Of a DNA stretch of 64,000 nucleotides, positions 1 through 10,885 are shown in pieces (positions within the stretch are counted from its first letter, which is position 1; each line of letters starts with the position of its first letter). Made by a program: the position numbers and the translations under genes. The stretch spans positions 1,256,068 through 1,320,067 of the forward strand of contig OZ252226.1 of NCBI GenBank assembly GCA_965249285.1. The letters run 5' to 3'. This stretch comes from Candidatus Foliamicus sp. GTDB taxonomy: Bacteria; Pseudomonadota; Gammaproteobacteria; Steroidobacterales; Foliamicaceae. Below the pieces are notes generated by a model that ran no database searches, was not told where the DNA came from, and was given only the letters and a program-made list of their open reading frames with translations.

Positions 1-292
1 AGTAATCGGCGGCCTTGCCACGCATGCTGGCAATATACAAACGGGAATGAACCGGGTCGAAGGAGAGATGCTGCGGCTTCCCCATCCAATCGAGTGGATC
101 CGATACGCCTTTCACCTCACCTGCCAGCAGGTCCACTCGATACACCCTGTTATCCTGAAAATTGCCGTCACCGCATACGACGTAGGCCATCGGACGCTGC
201 TGCGACGCCTCCTCCGCCATCAGCGGACCGGCCGCGAGCAGGAGCAACGCAACAACCAGCACTCCCGTGGACACCCCGTTGCTTTTGTTCAT
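1..292 (-). CDS. 5' part of a secreted protein gene that runs off the left edge
   Basis: Absent from the ORF track because there is no stop in the window. Reverse-strand ATG at 292-290 follows a GGAGAAAG Shine-Dalgarno. My translation is MNKSNGVSTGVLVVALLLLAAGPLMAEEASQQRPMAYVVCGDGNFQDNRVYRVDLLAGEVKG..., which has a typical signal peptide. Confidence 0.5.
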   Translation of the reverse strand, partial: MNKSNGVSTGVLVVALLLLAAGPLMAEEASQQRPMAYVVCGDGNFQDNRVYRVDLLAGEVKGVSDPLDWMGKPQHLSFDPVHSRLYIASMRGKAADY

Positions 293-337
293 AACTTCTT
301 TCTCCGCCCGCGAAGTAACTGTAACGCGACTGAAGCT

Positions 338-450
338 CTTGCATGGAACAACCTGGGAACGAGGGCATCTTGCCCTCGCCGAGGGCTGGAAGCCCTCGTT
401 CCCAGCGTTGGTTCCCTGCGCGTCAGCGCAGCGGCGCCTGCTGCGAAAAC
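338..450. repeat. Composite REP-like element (modules C+A+B)
   Basis: The sequence reads ttgcatggaaca / ctgggaacgagggcatcttgccctcgccgagggctggaagccctcgttccca / gttccctgcgcgtcagcgcagcggcgcctgctgcgaaaac. The same modules recur at 10 or more other intergenic sites in the window. Confidence 0.85.
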
Positions 451-497
451 ACCTGGCGGCCGACGGCATAAATGGCCCCCAAGTCGTTTTCGTGTTT

Positions 498-523
498 ATT
501 TTGGACTAAAATAGTCCTGTATT
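498..523 (+). promoter_or_regulatory. Probable Rrf2/IscR type-1-like operator upstream of the suf operon
   Basis: Perfect palindrome GGACTA-AAA-TAGTCC at 503-517, flanked by ATTTTG and CTGTAT. This resembles the published IscR type 1 motif ATASYYGACTRWWWYAGTCRRSTAT. It lies 17-40 nt upstream of the Rrf2 gene ATG at 540. Confidence 0.55.
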
Positions 524-539
524 CATATGGAGCCGCAGA

Positions 540-994
540 ATGCTCAGAGTCAGCAGGCTTACCGACTACGGGACAATGATCCTGGGTTGCCTGGCCCAGG
601 GCGACGAACAATCGCTTTCCGCCACGCGCATTGCTCAGGCAACCGGGCTCAGGCTGCCTACTGCCCAGAAGCTGCTCAAGCAATTGGCCGGCGGCGGCCT
701 GGTGCGTTCCGAACGCGGCGCAACCGGCGGTTATCGGCTCGCGCGGCCTGCCGGCGACATCAATGCCGTGGAGATCCTCGAATCGCTGGAAGGGCCTATG
801 GCGCTTACCGAATGCAGCCACTCCGAGGGGCAATGCGAGCTGGAGTCTTTCTGCTCCGTGGGCGGCGCTTGGCAGCAGATTAATCGCGCGCTTCGCGGCG
901 CGCTGACGGAAGTTACGCTGGCCGACCTCAGGCGATCCGCGCCGAGCTTCCGTACTCCGAAGCTGGCGGCGGATATGACCGCGAGGATGGGACG

Positions 995-998
<4 letters not shown>
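540..998 (+). CDS. Rrf2 family (IscR-like) Fe-S-sensing transcriptional regulator
   Basis: N-terminus [19 protein letters not shown] is typical of an Rrf2 wHTH. The Cys cluster [14 protein letters not shown] resembles IscR cluster ligands. It is the first gene of the suf operon and overlaps the sufB start. Confidence 0.85.
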
Positions 999-2448
<1,450 letters not shown>

Positions 2449-2452
<4 letters not shown>

Positions 2453-3210
2453 GCGCGCCGTTGCTCGACATCCGCGACCTGAGAGTCAGCATCGACGGCA
2501 AGGAAATCTTGAGCGGCCTGTCACTTCAGGTTGGGGCCGGAGAAGTGCACGCGATCATGGGGCCGAACGGCGCCGGCAAGAGCACCCTGGCGCAAACACT
2601 GGCCGGGCGCGACGGCTACGAGGTTACCGGCGGCAGCGTGTTGATGGACGGCAAGGACCTGCTTGATATGAGCCCCGAAGAGCGCGCCTGCAGGGGATTG
2701 TTTCTGGGATTCCAATACCCGGTAGAAATTCCGGGCGTAAGCAATATGTACTTGCTGCGCTCCGCCGTAAACGCTCAGCGCAAGGCGGCGGGACAGCCGG
2801 AGATCAATGCCGCAGCCTTTCTGAAACAGGCCCGTCAGGAAGCGGCCCGGCTCAAGCTCAAGCCCGAGCTTCTGAAGCGCGGCGTCAACGAGGGCTTCTC
2901 CGGCGGCGAAAAGAAGCGCAACGAAATCCTTCATCTCGCGGTACTCAAGCCACGCCTGGCGGTGTTGGACGAGACGGATTCGGGGCTGGATATCGACGCC
3001 CTCAAGGTGGTCGCGGCGGGTATTCGCGCGTTGCGGGACGGACAACGGGCGTTCGTGCTGATCACGCACTACGAGCGAATTCTGAACCTTGTGTCTCCAG
3101 ATAAGGTCCACGTGCTGGCGGCAGGCCGAATCGCACGCTCCGGCAGCGCCGAGCTGGTGGGTGAATTGGAAGCCTCGGGCTACGAAGCATTCCTGCCGGA
3201 GGCGGCATGA
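2449..3210 (+). CDS. sufC: Fe-S cluster assembly ATPase SufC
   Basis: Walker [13 protein letters not shown] signature [12 protein letters not shown] and Walker [13 protein letters not shown]. It is flanked by sufB and sufD. Confidence 0.95.
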
Positions 3211-4070
3211 GCACCGAAGTTGTGGAGATCATCGTTCCATCCGGACAGCGGCGCTCGGAAATTGTGCGCATCGACCATCGCGCGGGAACGCCCCAAACGC
3301 AGGCCCTGCGTGTATTACTTGAACCTGGCAGCGCGCTGGACTTGCAGGAGCTTCACCAGGGTAGCGGCGCCTCGGTCACATGCCTGCGCGTAGATATGGA
3401 ACTGGAGCCTGGCGCCAGCATGCGTCACGTGGCGGTGGTGGACGATGACGGCGAGGGCCGTTTCGAGATCGAACGGCAGGTTCGTCTGGCCGATGAAGCG
3501 CGCCTGGATTACACCCGGGTGGGCTCCGGCGCGGCCAGCGACTACGAGCTGTTGCACACCCGCATGGACGGACCGCGTTCGCGTTTCCGGCATGGGGCGC
3601 TGATGATGGTGGAGTCGGACCGGCGGGCCGAGCTGGACCTGCAAATCGCCCACCACGCGCGGCATGCCGAAAGTGAGAGTCTCTGCCGATGCGTTCTGAG
3701 CGGCAACGGCAACGGCCGATTCACCGGAAAGATCTTCATTGCCCCGGACGGCCAGGGGGCTAACGCTCAGCTTCGCAACGACAACCTGCTGCTGGACGAA
3801 TCCGCGCACATGGAAACCCGTCCCGAGCTTGAGGTGTATGCCGACGAGGTGCAGTGCGCCCACGGCGCAGCCACCGGCGCGCTGGACGAAGCGGCGCTGT
3901 TCTATCTGATGACTCGCGGCCTGTCGCCGCAGCAGGCGCGCGCGATGCTGGTAAGGGCATTTGCCTCCCGGATCAGCGACGCCATCGAGCTCGCCGAGGC
4001 AGGAGAAATGGCCACCGCCATGCTGAGCCGCGCTTTCGCCGCCGCCGAGCCGCAAAGGCTGGCGGCCTGA
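3207..4070 (+). CDS. sufD: Fe-S cluster assembly protein SufD (short form, 287 aa)
   Basis: SufBD-family C-terminus (ELEVYADEVQCAHGAATGALDEAALFYLMTRGLSPQQARAMLVRAF). The position between sufC and sufS fits. Confidence 0.85.
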   Translation: MSTEVVEIIVPSGQRRSEIVRIDHRAGTPQTQALRVLLEPGSALDLQELHQGSGASVTCLRVDMELEPGASMRHVAVVDDDGEGRFEIERQVRLADEARLDYTRVGSGAASDYELLHTRMDGPRSRFRHGALMMVESDRRAELDLQIAHHARHAESESLCRCVLSGNGNGRFTGKIFIAPDGQGANAQLRNDNLLLDESAHMETRPELEVYADEVQCAHGAATGALDEAALFYLMTRGLSPQQARAMLVRAFASRISDAIELAEAGEMATAMLSRAFAAAEPQRLAA

Positions 4071-4075
4071 GCCTC

Positions 4076-5329
4076 ATGAGCAGCGCCACCGCCCGTCTCG
4101 CCGCGGTCCCGGAACCGCTCTCGGTGGAACGACTGCGCGGCGACTTTCCCAGCCTTGCTACCCGCGTGCATGAAAAGCCGCTGGCCTACCTGGATAACGC
4201 CGCCTCCACCCAGCGGCCGCAGGCGGTCATGGACGCGGTCACCCATTACGAAATCGAAATGCACGCCAATGTGCACCGCGGAGTGCATGCGCGATCCGAC
4301 CGGGCCACTGCCGCCTTCGAGGCGGCTCGCGACCGCACGCGGGCCTGGCTGAATGCGGCTGCCAGCGAGGAAATCGTGTTCACCCGCGGGGCGACCGAAT
4401 CGATCAACCTCGTGGCTCGCTGTATGGATGCCCGCATGGACGCCGATTCGGAAATCCTGCTAACTCAGATGGAGCACCATTCCAATATCGTGCCCTGGCA
4501 GCAGCTATGCCAGCGCACCGGAGCCCGTATTCGGGTGGCCCCGGTGCTGGACTCGGGAGAACTCGACCTTGAGGCATTTCGTGGGCTCATCGGCCGCAAT
4601 CTCAAGTTGATTGCGGTGACCCACGTGTCCAATGCGCTCGGCGTGATCAACCCGGTTGCGGAGATTTGCCGGCTGGCGCGGCAATCCGGCGTTCCGGTTC
4701 TCATCGACGGCGCCCAGGCCGCCGGGCATATTTCCCTGGACGTGCAGGAACTGGACTGCGACTTCTACGCACTGTCGGGGCACAAGATGTACGCGCCCAC
4801 CGGCATCGGGGCGCTGTATGCGCGCAAACCCTGGCTGAATGACCTGCCGCCGTTCCTTGGCGGAGGGGAGATGATCCTCGAAGTGCGCTTTGACGGCACC
4901 ACCTACAACGATCCACCGCATAAGTTTGAAGCCGGGACCCCCAACATCTCCGGCGCCATTGGCCTGGGTGCGGCCATCGACTATCTGGCCGAACAGGGGC
5001 TGGAGCGCCTCGCGGCGCTGGAGCACGACCTGTTGCGGCATGCTACGGAGCGCTTGCAGGCCATTCCCGGCCTCAGGATCATCGGCACGGCGGAGCCCAA
5101 GTCCGCGGTTGTGTCGTTCGTGATCAACGATATTCATCCACATGACCTGGGGACCATCCTCGACCACGAAGGAATCGCTATCCGCGCCGGTCACCATTGC
5201 GCCATGCCGCTTATGGATCGATTTGGCCTGCCCGGTACCGCGCGCGCATCGTTTGCCTTCTACAACACCCACGACGAGGTGGACCGGCTGGCGGAAGGGA
5301 TAACAACCGCCCGGAAACTGTTCGGCTGA
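4076..5329 (+). CDS. sufS: Cysteine desulfurase SufS (class V aminotransferase)
   Basis: The track ORF 3854-5329 overlaps sufD, so I use the in-frame ATG at 4076 (MSSATARLAAV). Motifs seen are AYLDNAASTQRP, SGHKMYAPTGIGALY (PLP lysine) and RAGHHCAMPL (catalytic Cys loop). Confidence 0.93.
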   Translation: MSSATARLAAVPEPLSVERLRGDFPSLATRVHEKPLAYLDNAASTQRPQAVMDAVTHYEIEMHANVHRGVHARSDRATAAFEAARDRTRAWLNAAASEEIVFTRGATESINLVARCMDARMDADSEILLTQMEHHSNIVPWQQLCQRTGARIRVAPVLDSGELDLEAFRGLIGRNLKLIAVTHVSNALGVINPVAEICRLARQSGVPVLIDGAQAAGHISLDVQELDCDFYALSGHKMYAPTGIGALYARKPWLNDLPPFLGGGEMILEVRFDGTTYNDPPHKFEAGTPNISGAIGLGAAIDYLAEQGLERLAALEHDLLRHATERLQAIPGLRIIGTAEPKSAVVSFVINDIHPHDLGTILDHEGIAIRAGHHCAMPLMDRFGLPGTARASFAFYNTHDEVDRLAEGITTARKLFG

Positions 5330-5333
5330 AGCG

Positions 5334-5936
5334 ATGGGCGCGGACCTGCAAAGCCTGTATCAACGCACCGTGCTGGAGCACTGCCGCTCGCCACGCAACT
5401 TCCACGTAATCGAAGCTGCAGACCGGGTAGCCGAAGGATTCAACCCCCTGTGCGGCGACAAGGTTACCGTGTACCTGCGCGCATCCCCCTCCCCTGGGAA
5501 AGAGGGCATCCTGCCGCCTGGGAAGGAGGGCATCCTGCCCTCCAGCGAGCGCGAATCCCCCTCCCCTGAAAAGGAGGGCATCCTGCCCCCTGGGAAAGAG
5601 GGCATCCTGCCCTCCATCGAGCGCGAAACGCCCTCGCTCCCAGCATTTATTACCGAGCTGAGCTTCCAGGCCTCCGGATGCGCCATCTGCCTGGCTTCGG
5701 CGTCGATGATGATGGAATTGCTGGGTGGCGAGACGGCGGATGAAGCGCGCCGCCGCTCGGAGCAGGTACTCGGCGCGTTTCATCCGGGAGTCGAAGACGG
5801 TCTGAGCAACCTGGGCGACATCGTGGCGCTGGGAAGCGTTCGCGCCTACCCCTCCCGTATTCGCTGCGTCACCCTGCCGTGGAGAACCCTCACCGCCGCG
5901 CTGGACCGCGAACCAAACACGGTGAGCACGGAGTAA
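5334..5936 (+). CDS. sufU: SufU/NifU-N-type sulfur acceptor or scaffold with an in-frame repeat insertion of about 50 aa
   Basis: Three conserved Cys contexts are present: NPLCGD, SGCAICLASASMM and RIRCVTLPW. The length is 200 aa, against about 140-150 aa for B. subtilis SufU as recalled. The excess is the repeat at 5484-5627. Confidence 0.85.
   Translation: MGADLQSLYQRTVLEHCRSPRNFHVIEAADRVAEGFNPLCGDKVTVYLRASPSPGKEGILPPGKEGILPSSERESPSPEKEGILPPGKEGILPSIERETPSLPAFITELSFQASGCAICLASASMMMELLGGETADEARRRSEQVLGAFHPGVEDGLSNLGDIVALGSVRAYPSRIRCVTLPWRTLTAALDREPNTVSTE
5484..5627 (+). repeat. 2 x 72-bp tandem repeat inside sufU, derived from the REP family
   Basis: Unit 1 (5484-5555) and unit 2 (5556-5627) encode SPSPGKEGILPPGKEGILPSSERE and SPSPEKEGILPPGKEGILPSIERE. 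The string agagggcatcctgccctccatcgag (5598-5622) is identical to the intergenic REP copy at 31056-31080. Confidence 0.85.
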
Positions 5937-5940
5937 CTCG

Positions 5941-6492
5941 ATGTTCGGCAACCAGAGCGAACCGGTCACGCTGACCCGCGACTGCAAGGCAGTCATTATT
6001 CCCGCCGGCGAGGAAGCGCAGTTGCGCGCCGGACAACTGGTGTTCATCACCCAGTCCATGGGCGGCAGCTTTACGGTCTACGTGGACGGCTGGCTATACC
6101 GAATACCCGGCGCTGATGCCGACGCGCTGGGCAAGAGACCCGTGGAGCCCCCGAAACTGCCGGCGAACGCAGGCGACTCGGACGTGGAGGCCTTGGTGTG
6201 GGAGCAGATGAAGACCTGTTACGACCCGGAAATCCCGGTGAACATTGTCGACTTGGGACTGGTGTATTTCTGCGAGGTCAAGGGGCGCGAAGACGGCGAA
6301 CGCAACGTAGCGGTGGAAATGACGCTTACGGCGCCCGGCTGTGGCATGGGTGAAATCCTAGTGGAGGACGTGCGCGAGAAAATCGGCATTATTCCCACCA
6401 TCAAGGAGGTGTCCGTGGAACTGGTGTTCGACCCGCCCTGGAATCAGAGCATGATGTCCGAAGCGGCGCAACTCGAAGCCGGATTGATGTAG
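5941..6492 (+). CDS. sufT: Fe-S assembly protein SufT (long form with C-terminal DUF59/MIP18 domain)
   Basis: 183 aa. The C-terminal motif CYDPEIPVNIVDLGLVY...TLTAPGCGMG is DUF59-like. It is the last gene of the suf cluster. Confidence 0.8.
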   Translation: MFGNQSEPVTLTRDCKAVIIPAGEEAQLRAGQLVFITQSMGGSFTVYVDGWLYRIPGADADALGKRPVEPPKLPANAGDSDVEALVWEQMKTCYDPEIPVNIVDLGLVYFCEVKGREDGERNVAVEMTLTAPGCGMGEILVEDVREKIGIIPTIKEVSVELVFDPPWNQSMMSEAAQLEAGLM

Positions 6493-6502
6493 ACCACTAA
6501 CC

Positions 6503-6555
6503 CCTGGGAACGAGGGTATCTTGCCCTCGTCGAGGGCTGGAAGCCCTCGTTCCCG
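6503..6555. repeat. REP-like element (module A)
   Basis: Sequence cctgggaacgagggtatcttgccctcgtcgagggctggaagccctcgttcccgg, immediately after the sufT stop. Confidence 0.85.
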
Positions 6556-6619
6556 GCGGATGCCGAGCACATGTTTGCGTCTGCTACGATATGGGTGAGA
6601 TTGGAGAACATTTGGGTGG

Positions 6620-9600
6620 ATGTATGCAGGAATTGACATGGATACGCACGCTGAACCTCAAAGTAAGAAAGGCTTTTCCAGAGCTTCCGTCAAGAACAGA
6701 TTCCCGCTCAGATTCGTAACCGCCGCGAGCCTTTTTGACGGTCACGACGCCGCGATCAACGTGGTGCGGCGCCTGCTGCAGGCGGCCGGCGCGGAGGTCG
6801 TGCATCTCGGTCACAACCGCTCGGTCGAGGAAGTCGTAAGCGCCGCCATACAGGAGGACGTGCACGCAATCGCACTCAGTTCCTACCAGGGCGGCCACCT
6901 CGAATACTTCCGCTACGCCCTCGACATGCTGCGGGAGCGCGGCGCCGGCCATATCCGCATCTTCGGCGGTGGTGGCGGGGTAATCATCCCCGAAGAAGTT
7001 CGAAAACTGCATGAGTACGGCATAAGCCGTATCTACACGCCGGAAGACGGCCAGAAGATGGGTCTGAAGGGCATGATTGTCGACCTGTTCCGCAAGGCCC
7101 GCAAAGCCTTCAGTGACGACATGCTGTGCGTCTCCATGGAAGGTCTGGAAAACCGCGATTTCGGCGCGCTCAGCCGCGCCATTACATGCATAGAGCAGGG
7201 ATTGACGGATTCCATCGACTGGCCAGTCTCGGCGCGCGCGGCCCCGGTACTGGGTATTACCGGCACCGGCGGATCCGGCAAGTCGTCACTTACCGATGAA
7301 CTGGTGCGCCGTTTTCGCCTCTGCTTCGACGATCGTTTGCGGATCGCCATTATCGCCGTGGATCCTACGCGCCAGCGCACCGGCGGAGCACTGCTGGGCG
7401 ACCGCATTCGTATGAACGCAATCGACCATCCGGGCATCTTCATGCGCTCGCTGGGGACCCGCGCGTCAGCCCGCGAAATCCCCCTCGCCCTGCCCGAAAT
7501 CATCACGGCCACGCAGCTTGCCGGTTTTGATCTGATCATGGTTGAGACTTCCGGAATCGGACAGGGAGACGCCGCCATAACGTCCCATGTGGACACCAGC
7601 CTGTACGTAATGACACCGGAATTCGGGGCGGCGACCCAGTTGGAAAAGATCGACATGCTGGACTTCGCCGATGTTGTCGCCATCAACAAGTTCGACCGTA
7701 AGGGCGCGGCGGACGCTCTCAGAGACGTGCGCAAGCAGATGATCCGCAACCGGGAAGCGTTCGGAACCGAGCCCGAAGCAATGCCGGCGTACGGAGCCAT
7801 CGCCTCGCGGGTCAACGATAACGGGGTCACGGCCTTGTTCTACGGTTTGCTTGATACCCTGCGCGAGAAAGGCTTTGCTCCCGCGATCAAGGCCTGGGGC
7901 AAGCCGCTCATCGCGCCGGTCCAATCCAAGGTATCCTCGCGCGCCTCCGCGGTCATTCCCCCCGGGCGAACCCGCTACCTGGCGGAGATTGCCGAGACGA
8001 TTCGTGCTTATCACGACCGCGTCGCCCGGCAAAGCACGCTCGCCCGCGAGCGGCAAAGGCTCCGGGATGCGCATCGCTTGCTGGCGGAGGCCGGCGAGAA
8101 CAGCACGGATGAGTTGCAAGACCGGCTGGTATCTCTGGCACGCGAGCGCGACGCGGCTCTGGACCCAGACGCAGGCGAGCTGCTTGAGGAGTGGCCGGCC
8201 GTGCGCAGCGCTTACTCCGGAAAGGAATACCGGAAGAGCTCAAGCAAGGGCGAGACTCGAAACCCGCTTACCTACACCACGCTCTCCGGCAGCGAGTTGC
8301 GCAAGGTGTCCCTGCCCCACTACAGCGACGACGGCGACCTCCTTGCCTGGCTGATGCGGGAAAACCTGCCGGGGCGCTTTCCGTTTACGGCCGGGGTGTT
8401 TCCGTTCAAGCGCACGGGCGAGGATCCCTTGCGCATGTTCGCCGGTGAAGGTGACCCGGCGCGCACCAACCGGCGGTTTCACTATCTCTCGCGGCACTCT
8501 GAGGCGAAACGCCTGTCGACGGCGTTCGATTCGGTCACGCTGTACGGCTTCGATCCCCATCACCGCCCGGACATTTACGGAAAGGTCGGAAACTCGGGCG
8601 TTTCGATTGCCACCCTCGAAGACATGAAGGTGCTCTACGGGGGCTTCGAGTTGTGTAATCCCACCACTTCCGTTTCCATGACCATCAACGGCCCCGCGCC
8701 GACCATTCTGGCCATGTTTCTGAACACGGCGATCGACCAGCGGCTGGAAGCATTCGCATCCGAGAAGGGACGTCCGGCGGAAAGCGGAGAGGCCGAGGCA
8801 ATCAGGGCAGATGCGCTACAGCGGGTGCGCGGAACGGTGCAGGCGGACATCCTCAAGGAAGACCAGGGTCAGAACACCTGCATTTTTTCCACCGAGTTCA
8901 GCCTCAGGATGATGGGCGATGTTCAGGAGCACTTCATCCGGAAACAGGTCCGGCACTTCTACTCCGTTTCAATTTCCGGCTATCACATTGCCGAGGCCGG
9001 GGCCAACCCGATCAGCCAACTGGCCTTCACCCTGGCCAACGGCTTCACTTACGTTGAGGCCTACCTCGCGCGGGGCATGAATATCGATGAATTCTCCCCG
9101 AATTTCTCATTCTTCTTCTCCAACGGCATGGAACCCGAGTATTCGGTGCTTGGCCGGGTCGCGCGGCGCATCTGGGCGGTGGCCTTGCGCGACCGCTACG
9201 GCGCCAACGAGCGAAGCCAGAAACTCAAGTATCACGTGCAGACGTCGGGACGCTCGCTACATGCCCAGGAAATCGAATTCAACGACATCCGCACCACCCT
9301 GCAGGCGCTGATCGGCGCCTACGACAACTGCAACAGCCAGCACACCAACGCCTACGACGAAGCCATCACCACGCCCACTCAGGAAAGTGTGCGCCGGGCG
9401 GTGGCGATACAACTCATCATCAATCGAGAATGGGGATTGGCGAAGAACGAAAACCCCAATCAGGGTTCATTCGTGATCGAAGAGCTCACGGACCTGGTGG
9501 AGGAACAGGTACTACGCGAGTTCGAACGCCTGTCCGAGCGCGGCGGCGTGCTGGGCGCCATGGAAACGGGCTATCAACGCGGCAGAATCCAGGACGAGTC

Positions 9601-9931
9601 CCTGGACTACGAACAGCGCAAGCACGACGGCAGCCTGCCGATCATCGGAGTGAATACTTTCCTGCTCGATGAGCCGGCGGAAACGGTTTCCACAAGCATC
9701 CCCCTGGCCCGCTCCACCACGGAGGAGAAAGAAGGCCAGATTCGGCGCCTGGAAGCGTTTCACAAGACCCACGCGAACGAGGCCCCGGCAATGCTCGAGC
9801 GACTCCGCAACGCCGTAATGAGCGACGAAAACGTATTCGATGTCCTGATGGACGCGGTTCGCTGCTGCTCCCTGGGCCAGATTACCGACACCCTGTTTGC
9901 AGTAGGCGGCCAATACCGGCGCAACATGTAA
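6620..9931 (+). CDS. icmF: Fused isobutyryl-CoA mutase IcmF (B12-binding domain + MeaB-like GTPase + mutase catalytic domain)
   Basis: 1103 aa. The N-terminus has the B12-binding DGHDAAINV motif. The middle has the P-loop GTGGSGKSSL and NKFD. The C-terminus is a methylmalonyl-CoA-mutase-like barrel (FTAGVFPFKR, ISGYHIAEAGA). The alternative ATG at 6638 is equally possible. Confidence 0.9.
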   Translation: MYAGIDMDTHAEPQSKKGFSRASVKNRFPLRFVTAASLFDGHDAAINVVRRLLQAAGAEVVHLGHNRSVEEVVSAAIQEDVHAIALSSYQGGHLEYFRYALDMLRERGAGHIRIFGGGGGVIIPEEVRKLHEYGISRIYTPEDGQKMGLKGMIVDLFRKARKAFSDDMLCVSMEGLENRDFGALSRAITCIEQGLTDSIDWPVSARAAPVLGITGTGGSGKSSLTDELVRRFRLCFDDRLRIAIIAVDPTRQRTGGALLGDRIRMNAIDHPGIFMRSLGTRASAREIPLALPEIITATQLAGFDLIMVETSGIGQGDAAITSHVDTSLYVMTPEFGAATQLEKIDMLDFADVVAINKFDRKGAADALRDVRKQMIRNREAFGTEPEAMPAYGAIASRVNDNGVTALFYGLLDTLREKGFAPAIKAWGKPLIAPVQSKVSSRASAVIPPGRTRYLAEIAETIRAYHDRVARQSTLARERQRLRDAHRLLAEAGENSTDELQDRLVSLARERDAALDPDAGELLEEWPAVRSAYSGKEYRKSSSKGETRNPLTYTTLSGSELRKVSLPHYSDDGDLLAWLMRENLPGRFPFTAGVFPFKRTGEDPLRMFAGEGDPARTNRRFHYLSRHSEAKRLSTAFDSVTLYGFDPHHRPDIYGKVGNSGVSIATLEDMKVLYGGFELCNPTTSVSMTINGPAPTILAMFLNTAIDQRLEAFASEKGRPAESGEAEAIRADALQRVRGTVQADILKEDQGQNTCIFSTEFSLRMMGDVQEHFIRKQVRHFYSVSISGYHIAEAGANPISQLAFTLANGFTYVEAYLARGMNIDEFSPNFSFFFSNGMEPEYSVLGRVARRIWAVALRDRYGANERSQKLKYHVQTSGRSLHAQEIEFNDIRTTLQALIGAYDNCNSQHTNAYDEAITTPTQESVRRAVAIQLIINREWGLAKNENPNQGSFVIEELTDLVEEQVLREFERLSERGGVLGAMETGYQRGRIQDESLDYEQRKHDGSLPIIGVNTFLLDEPAETVSTSIPLARSTTEEKEGQIRRLEAFHKTHANEAPAMLERLRNAVMSDENVFDVLMDAVRCCSLGQITDTLFAVGGQYRRNM

Positions 9932-9952
9932 CCCCTGGTAGTGAAGGAGCCC

Positions 9953-10080
9953 CCCTGGGAACGAGGGCTTCCAGCCCTCGACGAGGGCAAGATGCCCTCA
10001 TTCCCGAGCGTGTTCCCTGCGCGTCAGCGCAGCAGTGCCTGCTGCGAAAACTCCCAGGGAGGGCAGGATGCCCTCGTGCC
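9953..10080. repeat. Composite REP-like element (modules A+B+half A)
   Basis: Sequence ctgggaacgagggcttccagccctcgacgagggcaagatgccctcattccc + gttccctgcgcgtcagcgcagcagtgcctgctgcgaaaac + cagggagggcaggatgccctcg. It lies between the convergent icmF and hydrolase genes. Confidence 0.85.
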
Positions 10081-10086
10081 GTTGGG

Positions 10087-10830
10087 TCAGGAAGAAGACC
10101 GGGCGGCAGCCAAAAAAAGGTCGGCGCAAGCTTGCGGTTCGGTAACCATGGCGTCGTGGCCGGTCTCCAGTTCCTCATACCTCCAATCCGGGTGCACCTT
10201 CGCGAATCCGGCGTTATCCCTTATTCCGCTGTAGGGCATTTCTGGGTTGGTGCAGCGAATGAATGTTCTCGGCACTCCCTCTTCTCCGCCGTTCTCCAAC
10301 CGCAGCGGATCAAGCCAGCTCTTGAGGGGATGTGAAGTAAGCCGCCGGTCCACCCAGGCGAGGACTTCCGGGGGATCGGGCGGAATACCGTAAATGGCGC
10401 CTGACCGGGCCACAATGTACTTACCGTCCGGCGACATGCGGCGCCTGCGCTCCATGTCCGCATCCTTTTCCTCAATGCTGATCCGCCTGCGGGAAGAAAC
10501 CAGGCTCTCACCATCACGCAAAACCACCGTGTCCAGGTATACCAGGTGCCTCAGCCTTTCCTTTGCCCGGTCCACCACTCCGGAAATCACACACCCGCCG
10601 TAGGAATGACCCACCAGAACCACATCCTCCAGCTCTTCGAATTCAAGCGTGTTGACGATATCCAGAATGTGGGTTTCCAGTCCGATGTCGGGATGAAGCA
10701 GATGGGAGCGCTCGCCGCAGCCGGTCAGGGTAGGCGTGTAAACGCGGTGCCCCTGCCCCTCCAGGATTTCTCGCACGAATTTCCAACACCAGCCACCGTG
10801 GCCCGTGCCGTGAACCAGGACAAACGTCAT
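10087..10830 (-). CDS. Alpha/beta hydrolase (cytoplasmic paralogue)
   Basis: MTFVLVHGTGHGGWCWKF at the N-terminus and nucleophile elbow LVGHSYGG. It is highly similar to 10952-11797 but has no signal peptide. Confidence 0.85.
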   Translation of the reverse strand: MTFVLVHGTGHGGWCWKFVREILEGQGHRVYTPTLTGCGERSHLLHPDIGLETHILDIVNTLEFEELEDVVLVGHSYGGCVISGVVDRAKERLRHLVYLDTVVLRDGESLVSSRRRISIEEKDADMERRRRMSPDGKYIVARSGAIYGIPPDPPEVLAWVDRRLTSHPLKSWLDPLRLENGGEEGVPRTFIRCTNPEMPYSGIRDNAGFAKVHPDWRYEELETGHDAMVTEPQACADLFLAAARSSS

Positions 10831-10885
10831 TCCTTATCTCCGATTGGTGGATGCCCGCATGGAGGAACCAGCGCGAGGGCGCCCC

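Noticed and set aside
3854-4075. N-terminal extension of sufS in the track ORF (start at 3854).
   Set aside because: The extension overlaps the sufD 3' end by more than 200 nt and is Arg-rich nonsense. The ATG at 4076, six nt after the sufD stop, gives a normal SufS N-terminus.
6493-6619. Looked for a cobalamin riboswitch upstream of the B12-dependent icmF.
   Set aside because: The gap is only about 125 nt and half of it is a REP copy. No B12-box-like GCCACTG core and no sufficient length.
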